Of a DNA stretch of 64,000 nucleotides, positions 36,940-48,118 are shown piece by piece. Position 1 is the first letter of the stretch. Every line of letters begins with the position of its first letter. The DNA comes from a virus (taxonomy: Duplodnaviria; Caudoviricetes). Below the pieces are notes generated by a model. That model was not told the origin of the DNA. It worked only from the letters and a program-made list of their open reading frames with translations, and did no database searches. The stretch covers positions 32,001-96,000 of the IMG/VR virus record IMGVR_UViG_3300034104_005543. The stretch is one strand, 5' to 3'. The position numbers and the translations under genes are program-made.

Positions 36940-39900
36940 ATGAATATAACTGCCACTTCTTGTAATATTACAACGGAAGACTTAGAAAATTTTGAAGTTC
37001 ATTTCGTTACACTTTATAAAACAGCTTTTGACGATTTAAAAGAAAATGAAAATTTAAATGTCAAAAAATTCATGCAGAATTACTTTAAAAGAGTATCTGA
37101 AATAGTAGACAATCCTAGCGAAAAGTATGAAAAAGCGTTACTTGCTACTTTAGTAGGTTCTGTAGCTTTAGTAAACACAGCGCGCAACCCTATAAACAAA
37201 AATTATTTCCCGGATTATATAGTACAGCAACTTGGTAATATTCCTTGGAATATAGTAGATGATTCTTCTAAAGTAAAAGTAACTAATTACTTAGATTTAA
37301 TACCTGCTGTAAAACCCGTTGTAGCTCCTGTAATTAGTGCAAGAGAAAGTGATGCAGATTATGAAGCTTCTTTGTTTGAAATCAACACAATGAATATTGC
37401 GTTATTATTTCAACCTACAGATTCTGAATTCTATAACAGTAATGATTTATCCAAAGAAGTAGAACAAAAAAATGGCATAAAAGCTTTTAGAAAGTTTGTT
37501 GATTATTTTTTAAGTAATAGCAATAAAACTGTTCAAGACAAAGACCCTGTTCTAGAAAATATTTACATAAGACTTTTTAAGATAAAAGATGTTGATTCTT
37601 CAAAAATATATGGTAATCCAAAAGGGAGCGAATATGTTTATCTTATAGTAGACTCTCAAGGAAATCCTATTTATATAAACGATGATGGTGTTATTGATTC
37701 AAGTGGAGCATATCATGCAGCATTTTATTCAAGGATTCCTGATGAAGTTATAAACAACATAGATAAGTATATGGATGGTAGTACAGATAAAGTGCTATTA
37801 AATTTACTTATTAAAAGAGGAATGGTTTTAAATCCTGAAAAATATAAAGCCAGTACTTTATCTTCATCTACGGATTCTAATGTTATAACTCAGATAGAAA
37901 CTGAAAAAGAACAATATATACAATCGCTTCTTGCATCCACGCGTAGTATAGCAAGATTTATCAAGGATAGAATTCTTGAAGATCCTGAAAATAATTTTAT
38001 GGAAATTGATACTTTAAATAGCAGATTTGGTTATTTAAAGTATATATCCAAAAGAGCGGATTTAGCAGAAAAAGGTGATAGCTTTATTACAGATGAAAGT
38101 GGTAAATTTATAAACGGTGTACAATCTATTGCTTATAAACCTGCTAAAGTATTGGGTAAAAAACAAGATGCTCGTTTAGTTATAAATGATAAGTTTAATG
38201 TAACAATATTTCTTAGCAATAATAAACTAGGATTTGCAGGAGATAGAACCAACCCTCGTTTACTTCCTATTGTAGATGCATTAGTAGAATTATTAACAGA
38301 TGATACTATTTTGTATGGAGGTGTACCACTACCAACCGCTGAAAAAAACGAAATACTAAAACAATTTTACTTTCAGGAAATAACATCTGCAAAAGCTCCT
38401 ATTAAACATAATACAAAAAATTCTAATGAAGCGTTATGGACTGTAACTGTTAGTGAAAAAAATAGCAATGAAGCAACTGTTTATAAAAAAGGTACTGATA
38501 AAGAAATTTTTAAACAGTATCTAAAACAAAGTTTAGAAGCAAATTATTTACTAAACCCTGCTAATGAAACTATTAAAATTCCTACTATTATCCAAGACGG
38601 TGATATTAAAACTCTTATTTTAAAAGAAATAAGCAGTGCTGATTATATAGCTCAATACTTTAAGTTGCCTATAACTGTAACAGAAAATAGCGACAAATTA
38701 CCAATTCTAAATCCTACACTAGCAATAAATTTTGAGTCTCCTTTTACTATTAAAACAAAAGAAGTAAAAGAAGAGTTTGTTGATGACGAACTGTGGATGT
38801 CTAAAAACATTGCTAACTTATCTACAGAAAAGCTAAATAAGAAAGCTTTAGAGTGGTTTAATACAAACCCTATAACTAAAAACATACCGCTACAACAACT
38901 TTTTAATATAGTAAATTCAGGAGCTCTTGCTACTTGGAGCAGAGCTGGTGTTACATTGTACAGCGGTTCTCAATATACCGACCTTTATCACGAAGCCTGG
39001 CATGAATTTACAGAGATGTGGTTTACACCAGAACAAAAACAAAATCTTCTTTCAGAAGTAAAAAAAATAAAAGGTAAGGTAACATACTATTATAAGAACG
39101 AAAAAATAACCAAACTAGCTTCTGAAATAGATAGTTACCAAGAAGCAATGGAATTTTTAGCAGATGAGTATAGAATGTTTGCTATTAATGAAAGCGCTTC
39201 TGTAGTAACAAAAACAATTAAAGCAATATTCAAAGCGATAAAAAACTTGCTGGATTCTTTATTTGGTAAAACTACTTCTTTAGATAATAGTATAAATACT
39301 TTTGATAACCCTGTTATTAAAGAGATTTTTACTACACTATACACAGGTGATGTAAAAAAACTTGAAGCTTACCGCTATGATATAAATCAAGGTACTACAG
39401 ATGTGTTGCAAAGAACAATAGTAGGTGTAGGAAAAAAAGAAGAAAGATATAAGTTTACTTCGCAAGAAAGTATTTTATTACAGCAAGCTATTAATTCAAT
39501 AGTTTTTGATGCAGCACTTACACAAAGAGATACTAAAAGTCAGCAAGGAACTATAGTAGGTAGTGTTAGACTTTTATTTAGATCGGATAAAGTTGAAAGA
39601 TTTCATAAACTTATTGCAGAACGTTTTGCTGAAAAACAAAAAACTTTTGAACAACTTGCTAATAATTCTGAAACGACTAATGAAGACCTAAAAAAATCAT
39701 ATAGAGAAATGGCATCTTTGTTTGCAGTGGCTTTAAGAAATTTAGGAAGTGTTGAAAAACTTAAAGATAGAACTGAAAATCAAGGTATTATTAAATACTA
39801 TATAGAAGAAAACGAGTTCATTAATGAAATATATAACGACGATGAAGAAGATTTTCTTGCTAAAGATGACGGGCAGTATTCTGATAAAGGAAATAATAGT

Positions 39901-42900
39901 ACATCTTTACATAGCGACTTTTCACCGTATCTTAAACTGATGTTTTCCATAATGCCTGCTCTTAAAGTATTTAAAGAAAATACTTTATATGTAAATGATA
40001 ATTTAACAGAAGGTATAAAAAAAGTAGGTGATTATTATTATAGGGTAAACATGCTTTCTGGAGAACAATCAAGTATTGAAGCAAAAGATTTTCTTAGGTT
40101 GTTTAATACCCCTAGACATATTGTTGATGAAAACGGTAATATTATAAAAAGTAGTTCATATGTAGAAAGAGATGCTACAGGTTCTCCAGTAGCACTAGGT
40201 AATGCTAACATAGCTATAAGTAAACTAATAGAAACACCTGGTTTAACAGGTACTCTAAAACCATTATCATTACTTACTATAATTGAAGCTTTTGCTCAAA
40301 AAGGTACTTCTGTTACAGATAAATCATTTTTTGCATCAGTATATGGTATAATAGGAGGTAACGCTTTTACTAAATGGAATTCTATTACAATACAAAAAGC
40401 TCAGAATCAGTTACAAGAAAAGATTAAACTCTACCCTGAATTCTATAACAATGTCAAAGAACACTTTTATACTTATAGTTCTTTAGTAAAAAGCTTGTCA
40501 AGAGAAAAGGTTCCTCCTATAATGGTTAGTATATCGTTAGATAAAGATAAAAAATACACCATAGAATCTTATATAGGAAACACAGAATATATTAGCTTTT
40601 GGAATAAAAGAGAAGTTGAATACATTGACTATACTACAAAATTACCATCTGAAGAGCAAAAGCGTTATGGTTTAGTTCAAGTTGGTACAGAACTTAAATT
40701 TAATGCGCAAGAGTTTTTTAATCATCCGGATAATAATAAAAATTATAATCCTGCAGCAAATAAACAAGATGTTGTATTTAAATATACTGACCGTGATAAA
40801 ATAGTTAATTATCTAAAACTATTAGGAATATTAAATAATAGTATTGTTTATCCTGAGTCATTAATAATAGAGATGCTCAAAGATTCTACAATCATAGATG
40901 GACTAAACGCGCTTAATATAGCTTTATTCAACTATAAACAAAACTTATCAGAAGTACCAAGTATTCTTTCTCTACTAAAAAAAGGTATAGCTGCTATACC
41001 TGACTTAAAACAATTAACCCTAGTTGAAAAAGTATTTAGCTATGCAAATAAAATAGAAATTACTACTAATGATTATATGTACAAAGATGCAAAAGGTGAT
41101 TTGGTTAACGAGTTTTCGTTACAATCATCTATGATGCGATACGTACAGATGTATAATGATTCTGATCTAAAAGCAGAACTTTATCAAACACCTGAAGAAA
41201 ATGCATTCTGGGTTGATTCATTGCTTAACAAAGCAATTTACGGCACCAACCCAAAAAAGTTTAGATTATTTTTAGCAGGAGGTATTACTAATGATAATAA
41301 CACAGGAATATCTGAAAATGATAACAATGTTTTTACTGCTACTATTGAATCAATAATTAATCTGCGTATTCAAAATGCATATAGAATGTATCAGCATTCA
41401 GGAAAAAGTACACAGTATTTTATTAGTTTAGATAAACAACCTTTTATACAATACAATGCTGCCGACGAAATGGCTAATAATGTGTTTTACAATCAAATGT
41501 ATAATTATTTTATAGCAGAAGCAGTTCGAGTCTATCAGACAGAAAACGGTGTAAGTGAAGGTGTAGAAATGTTTAGTAAATACGGAAAAGAATTTCTCTT
41601 TTTTGATTATATAAACGATTCAACCAAAACATTAGTAAAAAAATTAATAGCTGAAAATTATAATTTAGAACAACCTAATGTTACAGAAGTAATAAACAAT
41701 GTAAAACAAAGTTTACAAAACTATAAAGCTACAATTATAAGTGAAATAAAAAACGAACATGAACAGCGAATAGAAAAAGCTATAAATGCTTTTGCAAAAA
41801 TTGATAATACTATTTTAGATAATGTTGATAAAGCAATAAAAGATACCGTTGGTGAAGAATCAGATGGAAATGGAAACAAGTTATACCGTCATTACTATAT
41901 GAATAATACTTTGTTTAACATGGAATCTCATATATTTTTCTATGGTGACTTAGCAAACTATCAATTATCAAAGGATGAATTTCCTAAACGAAATGCTCTT
42001 TTAGGTTCTGGTGGAAATCCTGTTTATTCAGATCCTGAATATAGAACTTTAATAAAAAACATTTTTGACTTTAGTGATACTAATGATGCTATAATTAATC
42101 TTAAAAAGTTACCCATTACTATTCTAGAGGATGTAAAAGTAGGGTCAGAAAATTATAGTGAATATGAAAAAGCAGTAAAAACTATAATTCAAGACGCAAA
42201 GACAGCTGAAAAAAGAGTAAGTCCTTACAAGGATGGCATGAAAGAAGCAGATGCTCAAGGTATAGTTTTACTAGATACTTATAGAATGCTTTCATTAGCT
42301 TCAAATAATTGGAGTTCTGTAAAAGAAGATTACTATAATCGCATTAAAAATAATCAGCCTTTACCAATAAATGTTTCTGAATTTTTTCCTTCTTTAAAGT
42401 ATCAATTTGCAGGACCAGCAACATATATTAAAGATGAAAAAACAGGTAAGCTTCAAATGTTTACTCTTAAATTTAATATAATACCATTAATACCTAGTGT
42501 ACTTAAAACTAAAATAGGAGAAGTAGAAAAAGAAAGATATCTCAATCTTGTTTCTAAAAAATTGGTTACTGAAAACATAGCAATGTTAACTTTTGTTTCT
42601 GGGTCCAAAAATAGTTTCTTGTTCGATAAAGAATCTAATATTTTCTACGATGATAATGGAAATTTGACAGAAAGTCCTTTTGTTAAAAACTATATTGATA
42701 CAACCTTTTTCAAAGATCAACTTTATATAGCTCCTGTTTTTAAAGAAAAATCTTTAGTATCTAGTCAAAAAAGAACTAAAATATTAGATTTGTTTTATCA
42801 AAATGGTAAACTCACAGAAAAATTTGCAAGACATAAAGATTTAGTAGAAGAATATAAAAAATCTATTGCTGATGCAACGGAGATTTTTAAACAAAAACTT

Positions 42901-45900
42901 TCTTCGACACTACAAATAGATTTAAATAACCCTGATAAAAAAGCACTTGAGAAGTTTGCAGGTTACATAAAAGAACTGCTGCATAAAAAAGGTTATATAA
43001 CAGCTGATGAAACTGAAATGATAACCATTGTAGATGGTGCTTTTGCGCAAGATTATTTACCGTCAGGGCTTGCTGTTATATTAGATGGTATTATAGCAAA
43101 CATTATTGAAAAAAATATTCTTCAGCAAAAGTTTCCTGGAGAACCTCTTATTCAAGTTGCTAATACAGGTTGGGAGTTTGTAGAAACAGACCCTTTAAAA
43201 AAGAGATTAAAAAAAGATAAGGTTCGTTATAATAATAAGTTAAAATCATACAGACCTGGTCCTGATGGTACAACGTTACCAGGACAAGTAATAATATCAA
43301 TGCAAGGAGGTTTTTATAAACTACTTAATCTTACTCATACTGATGGTAATCCTATAGGTACTGTACCAAGATTAAACGAAATGATGGGTATAGAATCATG
43401 GAAGAAAGAGCATATGCAAAAATTTATAATAACAGGAGATAGAATTCCTGTGCATGCTCATCCTTCTATGGAAGTTTTAGAAATTGTTGAATTTATAGAT
43501 TCACTTCAAGGTAATGTTATTATACTTCCTTCTGAGATAGTAGCAAAATCTGGTGGTGACTTTGACGTAGATAAACTGACACTTCTTTATCCTACTTTTG
43601 ATGATGCAGGTAATATATTAGAATACTCTCTTGACTATAATCAAAGCAAAGAGAGAATAAAAGAACTATCTGCAAAAATTAAAGTAGAAGAAAAACATAC
43701 CGCTGCTTACTATAAACTATTACGAAAAATACTTAGCGCGGTTGCTAAAGATTTAAAAACAACAGGATTTCAAAATGTAGGTGAATTAGCTAGTAGTAAT
43801 AAAGCAGACCAGTACCGTAAAGTAGTTACTAAAAACGAAGAAGCATTTGCGGAGTATGATGACATTGAGTTAAAAGCAGATGAAACTTTAGACTCTATCG
43901 CAGCAAAAATTGAAGATATCAATCAGAAAATTGATGATATATTCAACAATAAACCTGAATTAAAAACTAAAGAAGATAAGTTAACTGAATCTGAAAAGCA
44001 ACTTATTAAAACTGCTGAAGAATACACTAACGCAGTTTTTTATTTCAAAAACATAGTAGGCGCTATAGGTAATAGAATAAATCAAAATGTAGCAGCACTA
44101 CTTACTGTAGAAGAATTATTCCCTTATTTAATTTTACCTACTACTGACGAAAACCTAAAATCAATAGCTAATAGTACAGAAAACAAACAATTAAGTGAAT
44201 TTCCTATACCTTCAGAAAAAAGAAAATATAGTTATATAACAGATCCTTTTGAATCTTTGCTAAAGTTAGACTACAATAGTGCCGGTAAAAAAAGTTTAGG
44301 TATTATTGCTGTATTTTCATCAATGCTTAATGAAATGGCTGAAGCAAATCTACGACTACCCAATGGTATAATGGTTAAGGGTGGAGGTTTTAAAGTAGTA
44401 AAAATACCATTTATGTATAGGAGCACTAAAGAAACAGTTGATGTACTTGTAGACGGTGAAATAAAACAGATTAAGATTGACGCTTTAGATTACTCAAGTC
44501 TAACTGATTTAGAAAATAATGATAAAGGTGACTACACAGGACAAAAGATTCAAGCTTCTGTTGACGTAGAAAAAGACCCTTGGTTATTACGTCTTGGCAT
44601 TAGAAAAGAAACAGCATCTTTCCAATTAGGTTTAACTGGAGCAAGTGTAAAAGAAGGACCTCTTTCTATATTTTTACTTAATCCTATGGTAAATCAGTTT
44701 GTTAGATATACGGAAATATCACAAACACCGTTGTTGCCATTTTTTAGTAACATAAGTGATGGTGTTAATAGCAAACTTAGTACTGTTAGTAAGTTTTCAA
44801 AAATAATATCAAAACGAGAATTAACGGATTTAATAAAAAATTCTGATTATAGTGATGAAATAAAACAGAAAGCCGAAAAAGTTTTACAGAAAACTTTTAC
44901 TAAAGATAATATTATAGAATTAAATAATATCTTTTACAGTACTTCTATACAAAAACACGAATCAATAAATTTTGGTGCTTCTCACTATGAATCAAAATTA
45001 AATCAAGCAGTGGGACTTATACATTATATAGCTATAAATGAAATGTTTAAGGACACTATTAATAAACTTTCTTTTGCTTTGCGACCAGATCGTCAGCGAT
45101 TTGCTTCTATATTAGACTTTATGATTTTTGATAAAAAATTTGAAGAACTATACAATTCAATGCCTGATTTTACTCGTGAAGCGTTGCTTCAAATAAAAGA
45201 AAAAAGTGTGAGATCTTCTTTCTACATTAATACTAGCACTTTACCAAAAGCTTTATTAGAGCTACTATCACCCATGATGATACCTGTAGTAAACTTTATT
45301 TATGAAAAGCATTATAAAAATAAACAATTTGAATCGCAGATACCTTTTAAAGATACTAAAGCTGCAATAAAACTATACTCAAACATCATTAGGTCTACAC
45401 TATTGCAAAAACTTTTAAACTCTAGATATGATAATGATGTTTACAAAGGATTTAATATTATAACAAGTACTGAATTTACTTCTGATAGTAATGCTGTAGA
45501 AACAGCCGTCCTTAATAATGACTTTAATATACTAGCAACCTCTGCTATAAAAGTTTTAGAAGTTAAGGATGAACTAAATAATGTTGTAGAAAAATCTATA
45601 TATGTAAATAAACTTAATATTGCTCTTTTTGCTATGAGTGGTGCTGCCGATAAAAGCAATGCTGATTTTTATATCAACTACGGTATGGCAAAACCTGATA
45701 GTAGAATTATAACAAGTCCTAAAAAACTTGAGAAATATCTTATTGAATACGAAATAGCTAAAAATAAATATCCAATAAGTGCGTTTGAAAAAACAATTTA
45801 TTATGAACAAGTATATAAAAACATAACAGAGGATGTTGATTATAATAAAGTAACCAGCACTAATAAGGATGTAAAGAAAATTAACTACGCTTATGAACTA

Positions 45901-48117
45901 TTTTTGCGTGATATGGCACTTATAAATACTATGCCTTTATCAGTTTTAAGTGAAAAAAGTATAGGTAAGGGTACAACTAACATTGGTTATTTTATAAATC
46001 AATTTAAAGTAGCATATGGAAATATCTTATTACAATCATATCCTGTATTAAATAATATCAATACAAAAGTAAGAGATAGGTCTGAAAATCTAGAAGTTGA
46101 AATTATTGGTATCAAAGACAATTTAGAATACTACCGAAATCAAATACAAACTCTTATAGATCCTACAAAACAAGTAATGTCAAATAGCTTTGACAATATA
46201 ATATTAAGTGATATTTTAACTGGAGTAGGATTGTTTTCAGTAATGCAGAATAATACTAGTACAACTGCTAGTAAAGTGCAACAACTTTTTGTCAACAAGA
46301 GCTTGATGCGAAATTTAGCTACTATTTCATTAAGTAATAAAGAGTTAAACGATTTGTTGAATTCAATATTATCAGAAGTTATTGCTAAAAACAATCACAA
46401 AAAAATGGGTTATGTCTATGTACTTCCAGAAAAGAAACCTATAACTGCAAATACTTTAGATATAGTACCTTATAGAAATATTAAGACTACTAAATCTACT
46501 CTGTTTGTTGCAAAATCTGTTTCTACTTCTACTACAGATACTACACAAACTGCGGTAAGTACTCAACCCGAAACTGCTAGAACTATATATGATAAGATTA
46601 ATAAAGATAAAAAAACAAAGTCTACTAATGTAGAGATAGCAGGTCAAGGAGATTTATCTGATGTAAAGTATAGTGCAAAAACATTTTGGAGTGAAGTGGT
46701 ACCAGAAGCAAGAGCTTGGTTTGGAGATAACCTTATAATTGCATATAGAGGTAAAAAAACAAATACTTTCTTGCAAAACTATAAAGGTAGGCTTAGTGGA
46801 GAACCTGCATTAACAATAGGTAATCCTTTTGACTGGCAAGCTGAAACAGGTACCCGCGATGAACAAGGTATAAAATCTACTAAACGATTTATACACTGGA
46901 TGATTACTGGAGATAACATGGGTGTTACTGAAGCTACACCTGAATATAGGCAAGCTATTATTGATGATATTAAAAACGGTAAACTGAAAAATAGACCTAT
47001 TATATATTATCAAGAAAAAGGATATGCTACTCATGCTACAGCTTTAGATTATCTTATAAATGAGTATAATTGGAATCAACCTACTACACCTACTGTAAGT
47101 GAAGGTATTGAAATTAATTCTAAGCAAACAGGATTAGGAAATGATTTAACTAATGTACATTTTGCTACAAATGGTAAATCTAAATTTGATATAATCCCTA
47201 CAGATAAATCTTTAAAAAACCCTGACTCTGTTAAATTAGATAGTAATGATTTAGCGGTTAAGTGGGCAATAGATAAAGGACTAAAAACTTATGCTGATGC
47301 TTATGGTCAATCAGTAGAAGCTTGGTATAAATCAAACAATGCAATGTCAAAAGGCATTCCTAAAGGAACAGAAGGAGATGCTTATGATATGAAACTTATG
47401 ATAGGATTAATAACTGATAAGTTAAAACAATATCCTAATCTAGTTACACAAATTACAGAAAGAGGAGGTTTAGCGTTTTTAGATAAATCTACTCATACTA
47501 TGGGAACTGGTAGATGGTCTAGTAAAAATCCAAAAAATATGTTTATGAATGCTTTAAAACAGGCATATCAAAACGTATCTGCTACACCTACTGTAACTGC
47601 AAAACCTACTACTCAAACTCTAGAATCAAAAACAGAATTAGAAGTTTATATTCCTGATTATAGTTTAGCTGAATCTGTATATAACAATCTAAAAAGCAGA
47701 GAATCTAAAGGTGAGGATTTTATAAAGATTAAAAACGAACTGTATAAAAAATTCTACGATAATATTTCTCAGAAATACGATCAGATACCAAAAGATACTA
47801 ACTTTAACATTAGATATATGTTAGGCAATACAGTAATAGAATCAGCAAACATTGAAAATGAAGAAAGTATAAAAAAGACACTTGTTTATGATAATATACC
47901 TCTTGGAAATGATGATAGAAGCAAGCAAATAAATTCAATATTAAACGGCTTGTTATACATAAATGCTTTTGTTTTGTATCAAAAATTTGGTAAAATAAAT
48001 AAGCAGTTTTTACCTCCTAAACTGGTTGCTAAAATAATGGTTAGAGAAACCATCGAACAAGCAAACATAAGTGAGGACGAATTGAATAAAGTTTTAGAAG
48101 TTATAAGAAATTGTTAA
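36940..48117 (+). CDS. virion-packaged RNA polymerase (crAss-like, double-psi beta-barrel type) fused to zincin and accessory domains
   Basis: 3725 aa; RIP at 43441 and GGDFDVDKL (DFDVD 43558-43572) like the DFDxD motif of phi14:2 gp66; EADAQG motif; HEAWH at 38989. Confidence 0.85.
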   Translation: MNITATSCNITTEDLENFEVHFVTLYKTAFDDLKENENLNVKKFMQNYFKRVSEIVDNPSEKYEKALLATLVGSVALVNTARNPINKNYFPDYIVQQLGNIPWNIVDDSSKVKVTNYLDLIPAVKPVVAPVISARESDADYEASLFEINTMNIALLFQPTDSEFYNSNDLSKEVEQKNGIKAFRKFVDYFLSNSNKTVQDKDPVLENIYIRLFKIKDVDSSKIYGNPKGSEYVYLIVDSQGNPIYINDDGVIDSSGAYHAAFYSRIPDEVINNIDKYMDGSTDKVLLNLLIKRGMVLNPEKYKASTLSSSTDSNVITQIETEKEQYIQSLLASTRSIARFIKDRILEDPENNFMEIDTLNSRFGYLKYISKRADLAEKGDSFITDESGKFINGVQSIAYKPAKVLGKKQDARLVINDKFNVTIFLSNNKLGFAGDRTNPRLLPIVDALVELLTDDTILYGGVPLPTAEKNEILKQFYFQEITSAKAPIKHNTKNSNEALWTVTVSEKNSNEATVYKKGTDKEIFKQYLKQSLEANYLLNPANETIKIPTIIQDGDIKTLILKEISSADYIAQYFKLPITVTENSDKLPILNPTLAINFESPFTIKTKEVKEEFVDDELWMSKNIANLSTEKLNKKALEWFNTNPITKNIPLQQLFNIVNSGALATWSRAGVTLYSGSQYTDLYHEAWHEFTEMWFTPEQKQNLLSEVKKIKGKVTYYYKNEKITKLASEIDSYQEAMEFLADEYRMFAINESASVVTKTIKAIFKAIKNLLDSLFGKTTSLDNSINTFDNPVIKEIFTTLYTGDVKKLEAYRYDINQGTTDVLQRTIVGVGKKEERYKFTSQESILLQQAINSIVFDAALTQRDTKSQQGTIVGSVRLLFRSDKVERFHKLIAERFAEKQKTFEQLANNSETTNEDLKKSYREMASLFAVALRNLGSVEKLKDRTENQGIIKYYIEENEFINEIYNDDEEDFLAKDDGQYSDKGNNSTSLHSDFSPYLKLMFSIMPALKVFKENTLYVNDNLTEGIKKVGDYYYRVNMLSGEQSSIEAKDFLRLFNTPRHIVDENGNIIKSSSYVERDATGSPVALGNANIAISKLIETPGLTGTLKPLSLLTIIEAFAQKGTSVTDKSFFASVYGIIGGNAFTKWNSITIQKAQNQLQEKIKLYPEFYNNVKEHFYTYSSLVKSLSREKVPPIMVSISLDKDKKYTIESYIGNTEYISFWNKREVEYIDYTTKLPSEEQKRYGLVQVGTELKFNAQEFFNHPDNNKNYNPAANKQDVVFKYTDRDKIVNYLKLLGILNNSIVYPESLIIEMLKDSTIIDGLNALNIALFNYKQNLSEVPSILSLLKKGIAAIPDLKQLTLVEKVFSYANKIEITTNDYMYKDAKGDLVNEFSLQSSMMRYVQMYNDSDLKAELYQTPEENAFWVDSLLNKAIYGTNPKKFRLFLAGGITNDNNTGISENDNNVFTATIESIINLRIQNAYRMYQHSGKSTQYFISLDKQPFIQYNAADEMANNVFYNQMYNYFIAEAVRVYQTENGVSEGVEMFSKYGKEFLFFDYINDSTKTLVKKLIAENYNLEQPNVTEVINNVKQSLQNYKATIISEIKNEHEQRIEKAINAFAKIDNTILDNVDKAIKDTVGEESDGNGNKLYRHYYMNNTLFNMESHIFFYGDLANYQLSKDEFPKRNALLGSGGNPVYSDPEYRTLIKNIFDFSDTNDAIINLKKLPITILEDVKVGSENYSEYEKAVKTIIQDAKTAEKRVSPYKDGMKEADAQGIVLLDTYRMLSLASNNWSSVKEDYYNRIKNNQPLPINVSEFFPSLKYQFAGPATYIKDEKTGKLQMFTLKFNIIPLIPSVLKTKIGEVEKERYLNLVSKKLVTENIAMLTFVSGSKNSFLFDKESNIFYDDNGNLTESPFVKNYIDTTFFKDQLYIAPVFKEKSLVSSQKRTKILDLFYQNGKLTEKFARHKDLVEEYKKSIADATEIFKQKLSSTLQIDLNNPDKKALEKFAGYIKELLHKKGYITADETEMITIVDGAFAQDYLPSGLAVILDGIIANIIEKNILQQKFPGEPLIQVANTGWEFVETDPLKKRLKKDKVRYNNKLKSYRPGPDGTTLPGQVIISMQGGFYKLLNLTHTDGNPIGTVPRLNEMMGIESWKKEHMQKFIITGDRIPVHAHPSMEVLEIVEFIDSLQGNVIILPSEIVAKSGGDFDVDKLTLLYPTFDDAGNILEYSLDYNQSKERIKELSAKIKVEEKHTAAYYKLLRKILSAVAKDLKTTGFQNVGELASSNKADQYRKVVTKNEEAFAEYDDIELKADETLDSIAAKIEDINQKIDDIFNNKPELKTKEDKLTESEKQLIKTAEEYTNAVFYFKNIVGAIGNRINQNVAALLTVEELFPYLILPTTDENLKSIANSTENKQLSEFPIPSEKRKYSYITDPFESLLKLDYNSAGKKSLGIIAVFSSMLNEMAEANLRLPNGIMVKGGGFKVVKIPFMYRSTKETVDVLVDGEIKQIKIDALDYSSLTDLENNDKGDYTGQKIQASVDVEKDPWLLRLGIRKETASFQLGLTGASVKEGPLSIFLLNPMVNQFVRYTEISQTPLLPFFSNISDGVNSKLSTVSKFSKIISKRELTDLIKNSDYSDEIKQKAEKVLQKTFTKDNIIELNNIFYSTSIQKHESINFGASHYESKLNQAVGLIHYIAINEMFKDTINKLSFALRPDRQRFASILDFMIFDKKFEELYNSMPDFTREALLQIKEKSVRSSFYINTSTLPKALLELLSPMMIPVVNFIYEKHYKNKQFESQIPFKDTKAAIKLYSNIIRSTLLQKLLNSRYDNDVYKGFNIITSTEFTSDSNAVETAVLNNDFNILATSAIKVLEVKDELNNVVEKSIYVNKLNIALFAMSGAADKSNADFYINYGMAKPDSRIITSPKKLEKYLIEYEIAKNKYPISAFEKTIYYEQVYKNITEDVDYNKVTSTNKDVKKINYAYELFLRDMALINTMPLSVLSEKSIGKGTTNIGYFINQFKVAYGNILLQSYPVLNNINTKVRDRSENLEVEIIGIKDNLEYYRNQIQTLIDPTKQVMSNSFDNIILSDILTGVGLFSVMQNNTSTTASKVQQLFVNKSLMRNLATISLSNKELNDLLNSILSEVIAKNNHKKMGYVYVLPEKKPITANTLDIVPYRNIKTTKSTLFVAKSVSTSTTDTTQTAVSTQPETARTIYDKINKDKKTKSTNVEIAGQGDLSDVKYSAKTFWSEVVPEARAWFGDNLIIAYRGKKTNTFLQNYKGRLSGEPALTIGNPFDWQAETGTRDEQGIKSTKRFIHWMITGDNMGVTEATPEYRQAIIDDIKNGKLKNRPIIYYQEKGYATHATALDYLINEYNWNQPTTPTVSEGIEINSKQTGLGNDLTNVHFATNGKSKFDIIPTDKSLKNPDSVKLDSNDLAVKWAIDKGLKTYADAYGQSVEAWYKSNNAMSKGIPKGTEGDAYDMKLMIGLITDKLKQYPNLVTQITERGGLAFLDKSTHTMGTGRWSSKNPKNMFMNALKQAYQNVSATPTVTAKPTTQTLESKTELEVYIPDYSLAESVYNNLKSRESKGEDFIKIKNELYKKFYDNISQKYDQIPKDTNFNIRYMLGNTVIESANIENEESIKKTLVYDNIPLGNDDRSKQINSILNGLLYINAFVLYQKFGKINKQFLPPKLVAKIMVRETIEQANISEDELNKVLEVIRNC

Positions 48118-48118
48118 T

